Notes under the pieces: generated by a model
Told to the model about the DNA's origin: nothing
Seen by the model: the letters and a program-made list of their open reading frames with translations, nothing else
Database searches by the model: none
Program-made: the position numbers and the translations under genes
Shown here: positions 33,729 to 45,032 of the stretch, piece by piece
Numbering within the stretch: position 1 is the first letter of the stretch
Layout: each line of letters opens with the position of its first letter
Assembly (NCBI GenBank): GCA_025459175.1
Contig: JALORC010000080.1
Location: forward strand, 443-64,442
From: Planctomycetota bacterium
GTDB lineage: Bacteria > Planctomycetota > UBA1135 > UBA2386
Reading direction: 5' to 3'
DNA length: 64,000 bases

Positions 33729-34958
33729 GTGAGCGCGCGCCATCCCGTGGAGTTGCACTGGGCCGACGTCGACCCTGCCCGCGTGCGCTGGACCCGCGAC
33801 GACCGCCTCCGCGCCGCGGCGGCCGCCGCGGTCCGCGCCCGCGACGAGTCCGTCCTCAACGACGCCATCGTCGCCACCTGCGGACCCTGGGCGGCGGGCT
33901 GGCGCTGGTGTCGCGACGAGGGCTCGTTGGGCGGCGGCGTCGTCAGCGCATGGTGTTGCCCGTTGCACTCGTTGGTCGGGGGCGACGACGCCATCGCTGC
34001 CCGCGCGCTCGACGCCGTGGACGAGTGGCGCGCGTGGCTCGTGCACCTGGCCGACGTCTTCGAGGCGCTGCGACCTCGGCCCGGCGACGACCTCGAGGTG
34101 CAGCTGGCGCGCGGCTGCACCCTCGTCCTCGCCGAGGTCGCCGATGCCACCGGCTGCGGCGACGCCTGGTACGTCCACGCCGAACAGGTGCTGTGTTGGT
34201 TCCTCGAGCACGGGGGCGCTTCAACCTCAAAAGCCAGGGCAGCGGTGGCTCAGGCCACGCGCGGGGTCTTCTCGTCGTGGTGCGGCGTCGCCGACGAGGT
34301 CGCCGCTCGAGTGGGCGCCGCCATCGCCGGGGCCGCGCGACACGACGTCCGCGTCGACGCGCCCGACGACCTCGCTCGCTACCGCGCATTCCGCCCCGCG
34401 CTCCCCGTCGCCGCGGCGCGACCGCGGGCGCCGCGCGAAAGCGCCCGCGACGGCCACGCGGCGTACATCGCCACGCACGACGCGGCCCGCGACGACGGCG
34501 AGCGCGCCCCTCGCCTCTTGGAAGCCCTGCGCCTGGCGCGGCAGCTCGCAGCCGACGGCGCCCTCCTCGATCTGGCGCTGCTGCGGCGGATGCACGCCGT
34601 CGCGTGCGGAGACGGCGGCGACCGACGCGGGCCCGCCTTCGCCAAGGGCGGCCGCGAGCGCTACGGCTTTGGCGACACCCTCGCCGCCGCCTGCGACGAG
34701 GCCCTCGTCGACGCCAACGACGTCGACGTCGACGTGGTGGATCGCGCCGCCCGCGCCTACCTCGACGTCTGCTTCTTCCACCCCTTCCACGACGGCAACG
34801 CCCGCGCCGCCCGCTTGGCCTTCGACTTCGTCTTGGCCCGCGAAGGCGTGATCGTCGACGACGTCACGGCGCTCTTTGCCTTCCCGATCGCCGCCACGCC
34901 CGAGGCCTGTGCCGCCTACGTTCGGCTGGTGCGCAGCGTCGTCGACAGCACACCCTGA
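33729..34958 (+). CDS. Fic/DOC family protein with non-canonical motif and unknown Trp/Cys-rich N-terminal domain
   Basis: GTG 33729; 409 aa. Fic motif HPFHDGNARAAR at 34779-34814 (canonical form HxFx[D/E]GNGRxxR). The N-terminal 250 aa or so (e.g. WAAGWRWCRDEGSLGGGVVSAWCCPLHS) is unrecognised. Codon usage is biased to C-ending codons (ctc, gcc, ccc), unlike neighbouring genes. Confidence 0.8.
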   Translation: MSARHPVELHWADVDPARVRWTRDDRLRAAAAAAVRARDESVLNDAIVATCGPWAAGWRWCRDEGSLGGGVVSAWCCPLHSLVGGDDAIAARALDAVDEWRAWLVHLADVFEALRPRPGDDLEVQLARGCTLVLAEVADATGCGDAWYVHAEQVLCWFLEHGGASTSKARAAVAQATRGVFSSWCGVADEVAARVGAAIAGAARHDVRVDAPDDLARYRAFRPALPVAAARPRAPRESARDGHAAYIATHDAARDDGERAPRLLEALRLARQLAADGALLDLALLRRMHAVACGDGGDRRGPAFAKGGRERYGFGDTLAAACDEALVDANDVDVDVVDRAARAYLDVCFFHPFHDGNARAARLAFDFVLAREGVIVDDVTALFAFPIAATPEACAAYVRLVRSVVDSTP

Positions 34959-35410
34959 TCGCGCCGCACCGACAAGGTCAACATGGCAGCGTGTCGTCGG
35001 CCAGGCGGCTGAGCACGGCCTCCCAGGCGTCGGCGTCGTTCAACGCCTCGCGGGTATCGGGCCAAAGGTCCGCCAGGTCGTCGAAGACCTGACCACCGAC
35101 GGCGACGGCGGCCGTCCCGATTTCACCACCTCTTCAGCCGCGTTTCATGACCGCATTGCATGTTCGGTCGTGGCGACACCAAAGTGCCAGCCGCCGACGA
35201 TCCCCGCCGCACGACCCGCCATCAGCATTCACGTTCACGACCGATGGTCTCGCCATGACCACCCGGACGCGGTCCCCTGCCCACCGAGTCCGTATGCGGG
35301 CGATGTGCTGCGAGTTCCGCAGCCAGTGTCAGGTGCAGGACATGAGCCAGTCAATCAGCTTCCGCACATGACACGTTCTGCTCCATCCATCGTCACGCTG
35401 ACGGCAACAA

Positions 35411-35887
35411 GTGCTCGCCGCCCTGCGGTTCGCCCGCCGCTTCTCCTCCATCGCCGGACTGTGCGGCTTTCCAGCGGCTGGCTACTACAACGCCACGAAG
35501 TTCGCTGTCGAAGGATTGTCGGAAGCCCTCTGGCAGGAGGTCGAGCCGCTGGGGATCCGAGTGATGCTCGTCGAGCCGAGCGGGTTTCGCACCGATTGGG
35601 CGGGCCGCTCTGCGAACGAAAGCAAGAAGCAGATCGCCGCCTACGCCGCGACGGCGGGAGCGTGGCGCAAGCAAGTGCGCGCCATCTCCGGCAAGCAGGC
35701 GGGCGATCCGGTGCGCGCTGCACAGGCGATCATCAAAGCTGTCGAGTGTCCCGAACCACCGCACCACCTGCTGCTGGGCAACGACGCCTACGACGCAGCC
35801 ACTGCCAAGCTCGAGCAACTGGGCCTGGAGTTCTCGGCGTGGGAGTCGGTCGCGCGCGCGGCCGACTTTCCGAAGGCGGAGCGATGA
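35411..35887 (+). pseudogene. 5'-truncated short-chain dehydrogenase/reductase (C-terminal about 55 percent only)
   Basis: ...RFSSIAGLCGFPAAGYYNATKFAVEGLSEALWQEVEPLGIRVMLVEPSGFRTDW... carries the YxxxK catalytic motif and the C-terminal half of an SDR. The Rossmann TGxxxGIG half is missing. An in-frame TGA lies 3 codons upstream of the GTG. Confidence 0.7.
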
Positions 35888-35893
35888 CTCGAA

Positions 35894-35938
35894 CTCCAGA
35901 AGCAACGCCCCGAGCCTGACGGTCGGCTCGTTCTGGAG
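35894..35938 (+). terminator. Hairpin 3' of the SDR relic (possible terminator; no U-tract)
   Basis: CTCCAGAA (35894-35901) pairs with TTCTGGAG (35931-35938). An inner stem pairs CGAGCC with GGCTCG around an 8-nt loop. Confidence 0.3.
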
Positions 35939-36112
35939 ATCCGTGGATCGAAGTCGGCGAGCGCGGGCTGCCGACGACTGCCGACGCAACGCGCGCGCCG
36001 CGGTCAGCGTCGCGCCCAATGCCGCACCTGCAACGCCTCGGGCGCCCACCCGACGCGCTGCTGACAACCGCTGGTCTGCGCGCGACGATCCGCTAGCGTG
36101 CGCGGCCCTCCC

Positions 36113-38263
<2,151 letters not shown>

Positions 38264-38393
38264 GCGGCCGGTCGACCCGGTCGAACGATGGTTGGGGGAG
38301 GCCGGCGCGGAATTTTCTTGGCCGCGGCGAGAGGAAAACGCGGGTGCTGGCGAAGCCTCGGTGGCGCGACGCGATCCGTCCGCCCCCTCCGCC

Positions 38394-39140
38394 ATGAACA
38401 CCGTCCTCACCGCGATCGCCGACCGTGCCAGCGCGATGCGCCATCACCCGTTCCTGCTGTGGCTGCGCACCGCCGAGCTGCCCGCTCGCGACCGGCTCGC
38501 CGCCTGGCTGCCGACTGCCGCGCCGTTCGTGTTCGGCTTCATGGACCTGAACGCCGAGGTGCTGCGCTACCCCGAGGTCGAGGCGGCCGGTGACCCGCGC
38601 CGGCAGGCGATCAACGACCACCTGGCCGAGGACGCGGTGCACTGGCCGTGGTACCTGCACGACCTGCAGCAGCTCGGGCTCGACGCCGTGCAGCCGCTGT
38701 CGCAGACGCTGCGCGACCTGTGGGGCAAGCGCACCCGCGCCCAGCGCACGGCGATGTATCGGCTGTGCCAGCTCGGCCAGCAGGCCGAGGCGCCGGAGCT
38801 GCGCTACGCGCTGATCGCGGCGCTCGAGGCGGTCGCGCACGAACTGTTCAAGACCGTGCTCGAGGTTGCGCTCCGCTTCGAACAGGACACCGGCCGCAAG
38901 CTGCTCTACCTCGGCCCGCACCACTTCGAGCGCGAGCCCGGCCATCTGACCCACCAGACCGATGCCGCTGACGCGCTGCTGCGCGACGCGCAACTCGATG
39001 CCGCGACCGCCGCCGAGGCCGAGCGCATCGCGCACGCGGTCTGTGACCTGATTGCCGCGCGTTGGCAGGAGTTCCTCGCCAACGCGCAGGCCTGCACCGC
39101 CTCCAAGCCCACCTCGACCACCGTCACCTGCCAGTCATGA
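38394..39140 (+). CDS. Heme-oxygenase-like fold protein (possible HO-like metalloenzyme), unknown function
   Basis: ATG 38394 (MNTVLTAIADRASAMRHHPFLLWLRT...). All-helical composition. Contains AEDAVHWPWYLHDL and LEAVAHELF (two E-x3-H spacings). The stop overlaps the halogenase start (ATGA at 39137-39140). Confidence 0.65.
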   Translation: MNTVLTAIADRASAMRHHPFLLWLRTAELPARDRLAAWLPTAAPFVFGFMDLNAEVLRYPEVEAAGDPRRQAINDHLAEDAVHWPWYLHDLQQLGLDAVQPLSQTLRDLWGKRTRAQRTAMYRLCQLGQQAEAPELRYALIAALEAVAHELFKTVLEVALRFEQDTGRKLLYLGPHHFEREPGHLTHQTDAADALLRDAQLDAATAAEAERIAHAVCDLIAARWQEFLANAQACTASKPTSTTVTCQS

Positions 39141-40645
39141 ACACCGTCACCACGAACGTTCCGTCCCGCACCCGCGTCCTCGTCCTGGGTGGTGGCCCTG
39201 CCGGCGCCACCGCCGCCGCGTTCCTGGCCCGCGCCGGGATCGAGGTGACGCTGATCGAGCGCGACGTGTTCCCGCGCTACCACATCGGCGAGTCGCTGCT
39301 GCCGTCGTGCCTCGAGATCGTCGAGCTGCTCGGTGCGCGCGAGCTGCTCGATCAGCAGGGCTTCCAGCGCAAGCCGGGCGCCTACCTCGAGTGGAAGGGC
39401 GAGCAGTGGACGCTCGACTTCGGCGAGCTGCGCGGCAACTACCAGCACAGCTACCAGGTGCCGCGCGCCGAGTTCGACCACATGCTGCTGAAGCACGCGG
39501 CGACCCAGGGGGTGCGCGTGTTCGAGGGCACTGCGGTGCGCCAGCTCGACTTCGACGGCGAGCGGCCGATCGCGGCGCAGTGGGAGCAGAAGGCAACCGG
39601 AGCCCAGGGCACCATCGGTTTCGACTTCCTGATCGATGCCACCGGGCGGCACGGCATCATGGCCAACCGCTACCTGAAGAACCGCCGCTTCCACGAGGTG
39701 TTCCGCAACGTCGCGATCTGGGGCTACTGGAACGACGTCGAGCGGCTGCCGGCGCCGCGCGACGGTGCGATCGCCGTCAGCTCGATCCCGCACGGCTGGA
39801 TCTGGGCGATCCCGTTCAGCGACGGGCGCATGAGCGTCGGCGTCGTGATCCACAAGGACGCCTACCAGGAGGCGCTGCGGACCAAGACCCTGCCCGAGCT
39901 GTATCGCGATGCGATCGCTTCGTCGTCGTTGATGACGAGGATGATGGCGCCGGGCACGCTGAACTCCGAGCTCAAGGTCGAACAGGACTACTCGTATGCG
40001 GCCGAGTCGTTCGCCGGGCCGGGCTACATGCTGGCCGGCGACGCGGCCTGCTTCCTCGATCCGCTGTTGTCGACCGGCGTGCACCTGGCGATGTACAGCG
40101 GCATGCTGGCGGCGGCGAGCATCGGCAGCACGCTGCGCGGTGAGGTCAGCGAACGCGAGGGGCTCGACTACTACGAGGCCAGCTACCGCGACGCCTACCT
40201 GCGCTTCCTGGTGTTCGTCGCCGCGTTCTACGAGACCCGCGGCAAGGAGGGTTACTTCGACACCGCCGGCAAGCTCAGCAACTTCGAGGTCGATCCGCGC
40301 AACATGCGGCGCGCGTTCCTCAACCTGGTGTCGGGTCTCGAGGACCTCGCCGAGGCCGAGCAGACCTCGGCGCACCTGATGGGCGAGATGAAGCGCCGCA
40401 TCCGCGAGAACCTCGATCTGCGCAAGGACAAGTCGCAGCTGCAGCAGGCCGGAGTCAAGGCCAAGGCCGAGGCCAACGCGCAGTTCTTCGACGGCATCGA
40501 GGGTCTCGCATCGCTGTCGCCGCGCAACGGCTTCAACGGGCTCTACGTGCGCACCGAACCGCACGTGCGGCTGGCGCGGGTCGCCGAGTGCATGGCGGCC
40601 GGTGCGGCATCCGGCGAGCTGCAGCCCGCTCATGCCGGCGTCTGA
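39137..40645 (+). CDS. Flavin-dependent halogenase (tryptophan-halogenase family, PltA/CndH-like variant)
   Basis: VLVLGGGPAGATAAAFLARAG (GxGxxG). HIGESLLPS. GFQRKPGAYLEW (candidate catalytic Lys). GWIWAIPF (WxWxIP). GDAACFLDPLLSTGVHLA. Confidence 0.85.
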   Translation: MNTVTTNVPSRTRVLVLGGGPAGATAAAFLARAGIEVTLIERDVFPRYHIGESLLPSCLEIVELLGARELLDQQGFQRKPGAYLEWKGEQWTLDFGELRGNYQHSYQVPRAEFDHMLLKHAATQGVRVFEGTAVRQLDFDGERPIAAQWEQKATGAQGTIGFDFLIDATGRHGIMANRYLKNRRFHEVFRNVAIWGYWNDVERLPAPRDGAIAVSSIPHGWIWAIPFSDGRMSVGVVIHKDAYQEALRTKTLPELYRDAIASSSLMTRMMAPGTLNSELKVEQDYSYAAESFAGPGYMLAGDAACFLDPLLSTGVHLAMYSGMLAAASIGSTLRGEVSEREGLDYYEASYRDAYLRFLVFVAAFYETRGKEGYFDTAGKLSNFEVDPRNMRRAFLNLVSGLEDLAEAEQTSAHLMGEMKRRIRENLDLRKDKSQLQQAGVKAKAEANAQFFDGIEGLASLSPRNGFNGLYVRTEPHVRLARVAECMAAGAASGELQPAHAGV

Positions 40646-40670
40646 GATCGCGGCACGTGGCGCGAGCTGC

Positions 40671-41354
40671 TCAGCCCTTGGCGAGCAGCTCGACCACGCG
40701 CTGGCACTCCGCGTCGAGATCGGTTTCGGGCACCTGCACGTGGAACGACACCACCTGCCGCAGGCAGGCGCGGAAGCGTTCGCGGGCCTTGCCGTAGGCG
40801 CGGTGCACGGCGTCGGGGTCCATCTGCCAGCGCGCGGCGATGTCGCGGATCGGCAGTCCGGCGCCGAACCGCAGCTCGAGCAGCTCGGCGTGCAGCTTCG
40901 CGCGCGGGTCGCCGGTGGCGGCCTCGGCCTGCATGGTGCGCCGCGCCTCGTCGACCAGGTTCTGCGCCCACTGCCGGTCGAAGAAGCGCGACAGCTGTTC
41001 CTCGTCGGTCGCGACCTCGGCGAACGCGCTGTCGCCGCCGACCACCTGCTCGCGGCGCCGCCCGCGCTGACGTTCGAACCGCAGCGCGATGTTGCGCACG
41101 ATGCCGAGCAGGAAGCTGCGGAACTCGCGGCCGGCATCGGCGCGCTGCAGCGGCCCGGCGTTCCCGAAGCACTCGAGCAGCACCTCCTGGCCGGCGTCGT
41201 CGACGTCGGCGGCGAGCGGCGTGCCGCGCCAACGCTGCTCGAGGTAGGCGCGGATCAGTCGCTGGTAGCTGCGGGTGAACAGCGACCGCGCGCCGTGCTC
41301 GCCGGTCGCGGCGCGCCGGATCAGCGTCCAACAGGTCTCGTGCTCGGTGCTCAC
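40671..41354 (-). CDS. ECF sigma factor (PF07638-like type usually paired with Ser/Thr kinases)
   Basis: GTG 41354 (VSTEHETCWTLIRRAATGEHGARSLFTRSYQRLIRAYL...). Region 4: ...ELLELRFGAGLPIRDIAARWQMDPDAVHRAYGKARERFR... Divergent from the kinase gene. Confidence 0.85.
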   Translation of the reverse strand: MSTEHETCWTLIRRAATGEHGARSLFTRSYQRLIRAYLEQRWRGTPLAADVDDAGQEVLLECFGNAGPLQRADAGREFRSFLLGIVRNIALRFERQRGRRREQVVGGDSAFAEVATDEEQLSRFFDRQWAQNLVDEARRTMQAEAATGDPRAKLHAELLELRFGAGLPIRDIAARWQMDPDAVHRAYGKARERFRACLRQVVSFHVQVPETDLDAECQRVVELLAKG

Positions 41355-41458
41355 CGTGCGGGCATTCTGTCCCCGCGGTCGCGGTGCCACAATCGCCGTG
41401 GCGCTGCGTTCGCCGGCGACCGCCTTCCTCGTCCTGGATCCAACTGCGGAGCTTCGTG

Positions 41459-44400
41459 ATGCCCCTCCCTGAAGATTCGGCCCCTCGGCCCGACCACGAT
41501 CCGGGCCAGTCCGTGGATCCGTTCGATGCGGCATTGCGCGCCGCCTTCGCGCCGTCGTCGGCTGCCAGTGGTCCGCCGAGCGTGCTCGCGATCCTGCGCG
41601 AGCGCACCGGTCTGGTGCTCCCGTCCTTGCGCGCGGACACGCCGGTGACGCCGGCGGCCGGCGCGTGCCGGTATCGGGTCCTGGGGGAACTGGGCCGCGG
41701 TGGCGTCGGCGTCGTGTTCCGCGGCCGCGACGAGGATCTCGGCCGCGACGTGGCGATGAAGGTGTTGCGCGGCGATGGCGGCCGTGATCCCGAGTTGCTC
41801 GAACGCTTCGTCGAGGAAGCGCAGATCGGCGGCCAGCTGCAGCATCCCGGCATCGTGCCGATCTACGAGATGGGGCTGCACGACGGCGAGCGGCCGTTCA
41901 TCGCCATGAAGCTGGTCGACGGCAGCACGATGGCAGCGGCACTGCAGGCGCGCAGTGGTCCAGCCGCGGACCGGCAGCGCCTGCTCGACGCGTTCGAACG
42001 GGTCTGCGAGACCGTCGCGTATGCCCATGCGCGCGCGGTGATCCATCGCGATCTGAAGCCGGCCAACGTGATGCTCGGTGCGTTCGGCGAGGTGATGGTG
42101 CTCGACTGGGGGTTCGCCAAGGTGCTCGGCAGCCTGGCCAAACCGTCGTCGTCGCAGCAGGTCGCCACGCGCCGCTCGGCGGACGAGAGCACGCACTCGC
42201 TGCACGGCTCGGTGATGGGCACTCCCGCATACATGCCGCCGGAGCAGGCGCGTGGCGAGGTCGAGCAGCTGGATGCGCGCACCGATGTGTTCAGCCTCGG
42301 CGCGGTATTGTGCGAACTCCTGACCGGTCGTCCGGCCTACTGCGGCAACCCGCACGAGATCATGTCGCGCGCGGTCGCCGCCGAACTCGACGACGCGCAC
42401 CGCGCGCTGCGGACCAGCGGCGCCGATCCGGCGCTGGTGCAGCTCGCCATGGACTGTCTGCAGGCCGATCCGGCGCGCCGGCCGGCGAACGCGGGCCAGC
42501 TCGCCGAACGGCTGCGTCAGCATCGCGAATCGGTCGCCGAGCGGGCCCGGGCCGCCGAGCTGCAGGCGGCGCAGGCGCAGGTGCGCGCGCGTGCGACCAA
42601 GGTAGTGGCGGCCACGATCACGCTGGCGTTGATGCTCGGCGGTGGCACCTGGTTCGTCGTGCAGCGGGACGCAGAGGCGCGGCGCACGGCGGTCGCGCGA
42701 CAGGTCAGCGACGCGATGCAGCAGGCGCGCGGGCTGTTCGGCCAGGCCGAGGGTGGGCTCGAGGTCGCGCGCTGGGAGCGGGTGGTGGCCGCGGCCGAGC
42801 AGGCCACGGCGCTCGCGGCTTCCGTCGATGCCGCGCCCGAGGCGCGCTCGCAGGCGCAGCAGCTGGCGGTCGAGGCGAGTGCGCGCCGCGAGGCGGCCCT
42901 GGCGGCCGCGGCGCAGCGCGGGCGCGAACAGGCGCTGCGCGAGCGCCTCGATGCGCTGCGCGCGCCGGCCGACGAGGACGTGGCGCGGCCGGGCTGGGAA
43001 CGGCGCGAAGCGGCGCGCCTCGACGCCGGCTACGCGGCGGCGTTCGCGGCGTTCGGAGTGACTCCGACCGAGCTGGCGAGCGATCCCGAATCACTGCGCG
43101 CATCGGCGATCCGCACCGAAGTGGTGGTGGCGCTCGACCACTGGGCCACCGCGTGCCGGGTGTTGGAGCGGGCCGGCACGCCACCGGTCGATCGTTCCGC
43201 GTCGGCGTTGCGCGCGTCGGCCGATCGTCTGGATCCCGCGAATGCGTTCGCGCGGCGCATGCGCGAGCTGCTCGCCGCCGAGCCGTGGGCGTTGCCGCCG
43301 CTGCTCGAGCTGGCGACCGGCCCCGAGCTCGAGCGACAGCCGCCGCTCGCCGTGTTCCTGCTCGGCGATGCGCTGCTGAAGGAGAACGCGACCGAGGCCG
43401 CGATCGCGTTGTTCGAGCGCGGTGTGCGGCTGCATCCCGGGGACTTCGTGCTGGCGTTCTGGCTCGGCATCGCGCGTCAGCGGTTGCCAGATCCGGACAC
43501 CGGCGTGGTGCTCCAGGAACTGCAGCTCGCGCGAGCGCTGCGTCCTGGCATGGCCGAGGTGTTGCACCGCATCGGCATGGTGCACCAGTACCGCGGCGAT
43601 GCGGCCCGGGCGCTGCAGTTGTTCGAGGAGCTCGCCCGCGCCGAGCCCGACAACGCGCACTGGCAGGAGCATCTGGGGCGCAACCTGTCGCGCCTCGGCC
43701 GCCGCGACGCGGCGCTGGCTGCGCAGCGGCGCGCGGTCGAGTTGCAACCGGCGGCTGCTTCGTGCCGCGTGGCCCTGGGCACGACGCTGTTGGCGACCGG
43801 CGATGCGGCGGGCGCGCGCGCGTCGTTCGAACGGGCGATCGAGCTCGACGCCGACTACGCGCCGGCCCACTTCGAACTGGGGCTGTTGCTGGACCGGCGT
43901 GGCGAACCAGCGGCAGCGCTGGCGCGGCTGCGTCGCGCGTTCGAACTCAGCGGTGCAGTCGAGCATCTGTGGAGCATCGCCAAGGTGCAGCAGAACGCCG
44001 GCGACCGGACCGGTGCCGCGGCGACGTTCCGGCGCACGATCGAGCTCGACCCCAAGTTCGCCGAAGGTCACTACGGACTCGGCTGTGTGCTGCGCGACCT
44101 CGAGGACCTGCGGGCGGCGATCGCCAGCCAGCGCGCGGCGATCGCGTTGATGCCGCGGCGCGCCAAGTACTGGTTCGAGCTCGGTGCGGGGCTGCTGCAG
44201 AGCGGCGATCCGGCGGCGGCCGAAGCGCCGTTGCGCAAGGCGATCGAACTGCAGCCCGACCACGCCGAGGCGCACGTGCAGCTCGGTGCCGCGCTGTCGG
44301 CGCGGAACCAGCACGAACCGGCGCTGGCGGCGTTGCGGCGCGGGCACGAGCTCGGCAGCGTTCGGCCCGACTGGTCCTATCCCTCGGCGGACTGGGTCGC

Positions 44401-44905
44401 CGAGGCCGAGGCGGTCGCGGCCCGGCACGAACTGCTGGCGGCGGTCGCGCGCGGCGAACAGGCAGCGGAATCGACGGCGCAGTGGCTCGAGGCCGCGGCC
44501 CAGGTCGGGCAGCAGGAAGCATGGTCGCTGGCGGCGCGCTGCTACGCGGGGCTGTTCGCCGCGCATCCGGAACTGCTCGCCGACGCCGTGGGTGGTCCGG
44601 TGCTCGCTGCCGCTGGCGCCGCGCTGCGGGCCGCGGGCCAGGATGCGATGCATGTCGGGGAACGGGCGGAGCTGCGCGAGGCGGCGCGGCAGTGGCTGCA
44701 GCGGGCGCTCGCCGGCCTGCGCGAGCAGCACGCTGCAGGGCGCGTCGGCGCCGAGCCGATGGCGGCGGTGTTGCGCGCCTGGCAAGCCGCACCGGAGTTG
44801 GCGGTGGTGCAGAGCACGGCGGCGTTGGCGGCGTTGCCGGCGGCCGAGGCCGCGGCGTGGCGCGAGCTCTGGCGCGAGGTCGCGGCGCTGCTCGGCACAC
44901 GTTGA
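41459..44905 (+). CDS. Ser/Thr protein kinase with TM segment and long TPR region (1148 aa)
   Basis: ATG 41459. YRVLGELGRGGVGVVFRG...VAMKVL...HRDLKPANVML...DWGFAK...GTPAYMPPEQ. Then TM helix VVAATITLALMLGGGTWFVV and multiple TPR-like repeats (...AIELDADYAPAHFELGLLL..., ...TIELDPKFAEGHYGLGCVL..., ...AIELQPDHAEAHVQLGAAL...). Confidence 0.9.
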   Translation: MPLPEDSAPRPDHDPGQSVDPFDAALRAAFAPSSAASGPPSVLAILRERTGLVLPSLRADTPVTPAAGACRYRVLGELGRGGVGVVFRGRDEDLGRDVAMKVLRGDGGRDPELLERFVEEAQIGGQLQHPGIVPIYEMGLHDGERPFIAMKLVDGSTMAAALQARSGPAADRQRLLDAFERVCETVAYAHARAVIHRDLKPANVMLGAFGEVMVLDWGFAKVLGSLAKPSSSQQVATRRSADESTHSLHGSVMGTPAYMPPEQARGEVEQLDARTDVFSLGAVLCELLTGRPAYCGNPHEIMSRAVAAELDDAHRALRTSGADPALVQLAMDCLQADPARRPANAGQLAERLRQHRESVAERARAAELQAAQAQVRARATKVVAATITLALMLGGGTWFVVQRDAEARRTAVARQVSDAMQQARGLFGQAEGGLEVARWERVVAAAEQATALAASVDAAPEARSQAQQLAVEASARREAALAAAAQRGREQALRERLDALRAPADEDVARPGWERREAARLDAGYAAAFAAFGVTPTELASDPESLRASAIRTEVVVALDHWATACRVLERAGTPPVDRSASALRASADRLDPANAFARRMRELLAAEPWALPPLLELATGPELERQPPLAVFLLGDALLKENATEAAIALFERGVRLHPGDFVLAFWLGIARQRLPDPDTGVVLQELQLARALRPGMAEVLHRIGMVHQYRGDAARALQLFEELARAEPDNAHWQEHLGRNLSRLGRRDAALAAQRRAVELQPAAASCRVALGTTLLATGDAAGARASFERAIELDADYAPAHFELGLLLDRRGEPAAALARLRRAFELSGAVEHLWSIAKVQQNAGDRTGAAATFRRTIELDPKFAEGHYGLGCVLRDLEDLRAAIASQRAAIALMPRRAKYWFELGAGLLQSGDPAAAEAPLRKAIELQPDHAEAHVQLGAALSARNQHEPALAALRRGHELGSVRPDWSYPSADWVAEAEAVAARHELLAAVARGEQAAESTAQWLEAAAQVGQQEAWSLAARCYAGLFAAHPELLADAVGGPVLAAAGAALRAAGQDAMHVGERAELREAARQWLQRALAGLREQHAAGRVGAEPMAAVLRAWQAAPELAVVQSTAALAALPAAEAAAWRELWREVAALLGTR

Positions 44906-45032
44906 GCGGTGCCCGCCTCGACGGGGTTACTGCGCCCTGCTACCGTGACCGCCGGAGTCCGACGTCGCCGCCCGCCCCTCGAGCGTTGTGACGGGATCCC
45001 GTGGTCGGCGCACGGCCGAGGAGAGAACGACG

